Assembly: GCA_028826165.1 (NCBI GenBank)
Contig: JAPDFW010000065.1
Location: 186,001-250,000 of the forward strand
Source: Anaeramoeba ignava BMAN
Taxonomy: Eukaryota; Protista; Anaeramoebae
Direction: 5' to 3'
DNA length: 64,000 nucleotides
Made by a program: the position numbers and the translations under genes. Positions 62,384 through 64,000 of the stretch are shown here, one piece after another (position 1 is the stretch's first letter; the number at the start of each line of letters is the position of its first letter). The notes under the pieces are model-generated. The model saw only the letters and a list, made by a program, of their open reading frames with translations. It was not told where the DNA came from and searched no databases.

Positions 62384-63974
62384 TTGCAAAATCAAATTGA
62401 AATTAAAATGAAAAATCAAAATTGAAAAAGAAATTGAAAAAGAAATTGAAGAAGAAAAATTAAAATGTGCAAATTATAAATTAATTGGAAATGAAAGTTA
62501 TATTCCAATTAATCAAAAAGATTTTCAAAAATTAAAAAAATCAAATTTAATTGAAACACCATTTAAAACAAAAAAACCATCAAATGAAATTAATTTAATA
62601 TTTGAAATGTTATTTGATGAAAGTAAATAAATAAATTCATTTTATATTAAAAATTTAAAATAAAATTAATTTAAAAAATAAAATAAAAAGTTTTATTAAT
62701 AATATTAAGTTATTTATCACCTGGTGAAATTATTTTATTTTCTTTAACTTGTAAACAAGCTCAAATGATTTGTTCTGATTATTTTCTTTGGAAACAAATT
62801 GCAATTAAATTTCAAGATTATTTTAGTTGGAATTCTGTTTTTTGATTATTATTATAATTATCCAAATATTGAATTAAAAGCAATTCAATTTAAAATTCAA
62901 GAAAAAAATCAAAATGATCCAAAACAAAAACAAATTAAAGAACTTTCTAAAACAAATGAAAAAATCAAAAATTATTTTGATAATTCAAATTCAACAACAA
63001 TCAAAACAGGAACTTATAATTATCAACCAAATTTCATTTCAATCAAAAGTGAAAGAATAATTTATATTCAAAATCTCCAAAATCCAAAACAAGAAATTGA
63101 AAACAAAGGAAAATGATTTATAAAGAAATGAAAAAAGTAAAAGAAGAATTTACTTATTCACAAAAAAGAATTAATTATGATTGGGGATCAAAAAGATATT
63201 TATTAACGCAATTCATTGCTACAATGAATGGAATTATTTTAATTTCAACATTAATTATATTAAATATTTATATTGATTCAAAAAAATCAATATCAATTCC
63301 AAAATTATTTCTTTTATCAGAACTTGATTTAATAATTACAATATTTTGGATTATTTATTCAAAATTCACCTTTTATTCATTTCAAGAATATTTACATACT
63401 TTTAAAAATTACAATTACTGGATTAACATTATTAATATTAATAAGTTTAAAAACAATGAAGATATTTAATTTTATTCCATGGTTAATTATTTTACTTCCT
63501 CCAATTATTTTATTAATTTCTTTAATTTATCAACTTCTCAAAGAACTAAAAAGGGTTTTTTATGATAGAATTGTTTTCATTGTTTTTATTTTATCTTTAA
63601 TTTATTTAATAATTACTTTTTTCTTTATTGGATTAAAACTTGATGGATTTATTCAAATCAAATATTCAAAATTGATTTATTTATTGATTATTTTTGAAAT
63701 TTATATTCTTTATCATATTTGGAAAGAAATTCGAACTTTTGGAGAATTTTTCGCATTTATAATAGTTTCTTTGGTTATTTTCATTATTTTATTAATGCTA
63801 TTTCTTTATGGAGATGGAATTATCAAAAAGCTTAGAATTGCTTTAATTCCAACTTATCTTCTTTTATCGATTCCTTATTTTTTCTCATTTATTTTTTTCT
63901 TTTATTCAGGATTTAAATTGATTTTGAAAATAATTAAAAATGATGATCAAGATGATGGTTATTATGATTATTAA
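62384..63974 (+). CDS. F-box + TM protein, copy 13 (start region and several runs frameshifted)
   Basis: TTGCAAAATCAAATTGAA in place of ATGCAAAAT...; same intron and F-box; ends KNDDQDDGYYDY*. Confidence 0.6.
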
Positions 63975-64000
63975 AAAATGTAATGCAAAAAAAAATAATT

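Noticed and set aside
43026-64000. Diversity-generating retroelement or CRISPR-like explanation for the conserved/variable alternation
   Set aside because: No reverse transcriptase, template repeat, adenine-specific pattern, cas genes or short repeat-spacer structure; units are whole paralogous genes.
1-64000. Inteins, transposases, tRNA/rRNA genes, U12-type introns or a non-standard genetic code
   Set aside because: No Hint/LAGLIDADG motifs, transposase or RT ORFs, cloverleafs or RTATCCTT donors were recognised; long ORFs end at TAA/TAG/TGA as in the standard code.

Overview
Extremely AT-rich, gene-dense eukaryotic nuclear DNA with GT-AG spliceosomal introns and the standard genetic code. 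Composition, EN/QN low-complexity tracts and BTB/RCC1/TLDc gene types suggest an anaerobic protist such as Anaeramoeba (inference only). Bases 1-43,000 hold 13 genes: a coiled-coil/PH protein, KRI1, a PAP2-like membrane phosphatase, RCC1-BTB, BTB-TLDc, a Kelch protein, a Ras-family GTPase, a centriolin-like LRR/coiled-coil protein, a membrane-anchored PGM2-like probable pseudoenzyme, a GPR137/TOM1-like 7TM protein, an SPFH/band-7 protein, an ankyrin-RhoGEF-PH protein and a bacterial-type PLP enzyme. Many of their introns are filled with simple repeats up to 2 kb long. Bases 43,026-64,000 are a head-to-tail array of 13 paralogues (~1.6 kb period). After removing a conserved short intron (about 60-80 nt), each encodes an F-box fused to an ~8-TM TMEM185-like membrane domain, with Tyr-rich hypervariable segments. 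This candidate family of membrane-embedded, diversifying SCF adaptors is the most striking system in the window. Also noted: a TCATTT Inr-like motif before almost every gene, ~145-bp satellites, and a candidate H/ACA-type guide RNA. Many 1-nt frameshifts lie in homopolymers and are probably long-read consensus errors.
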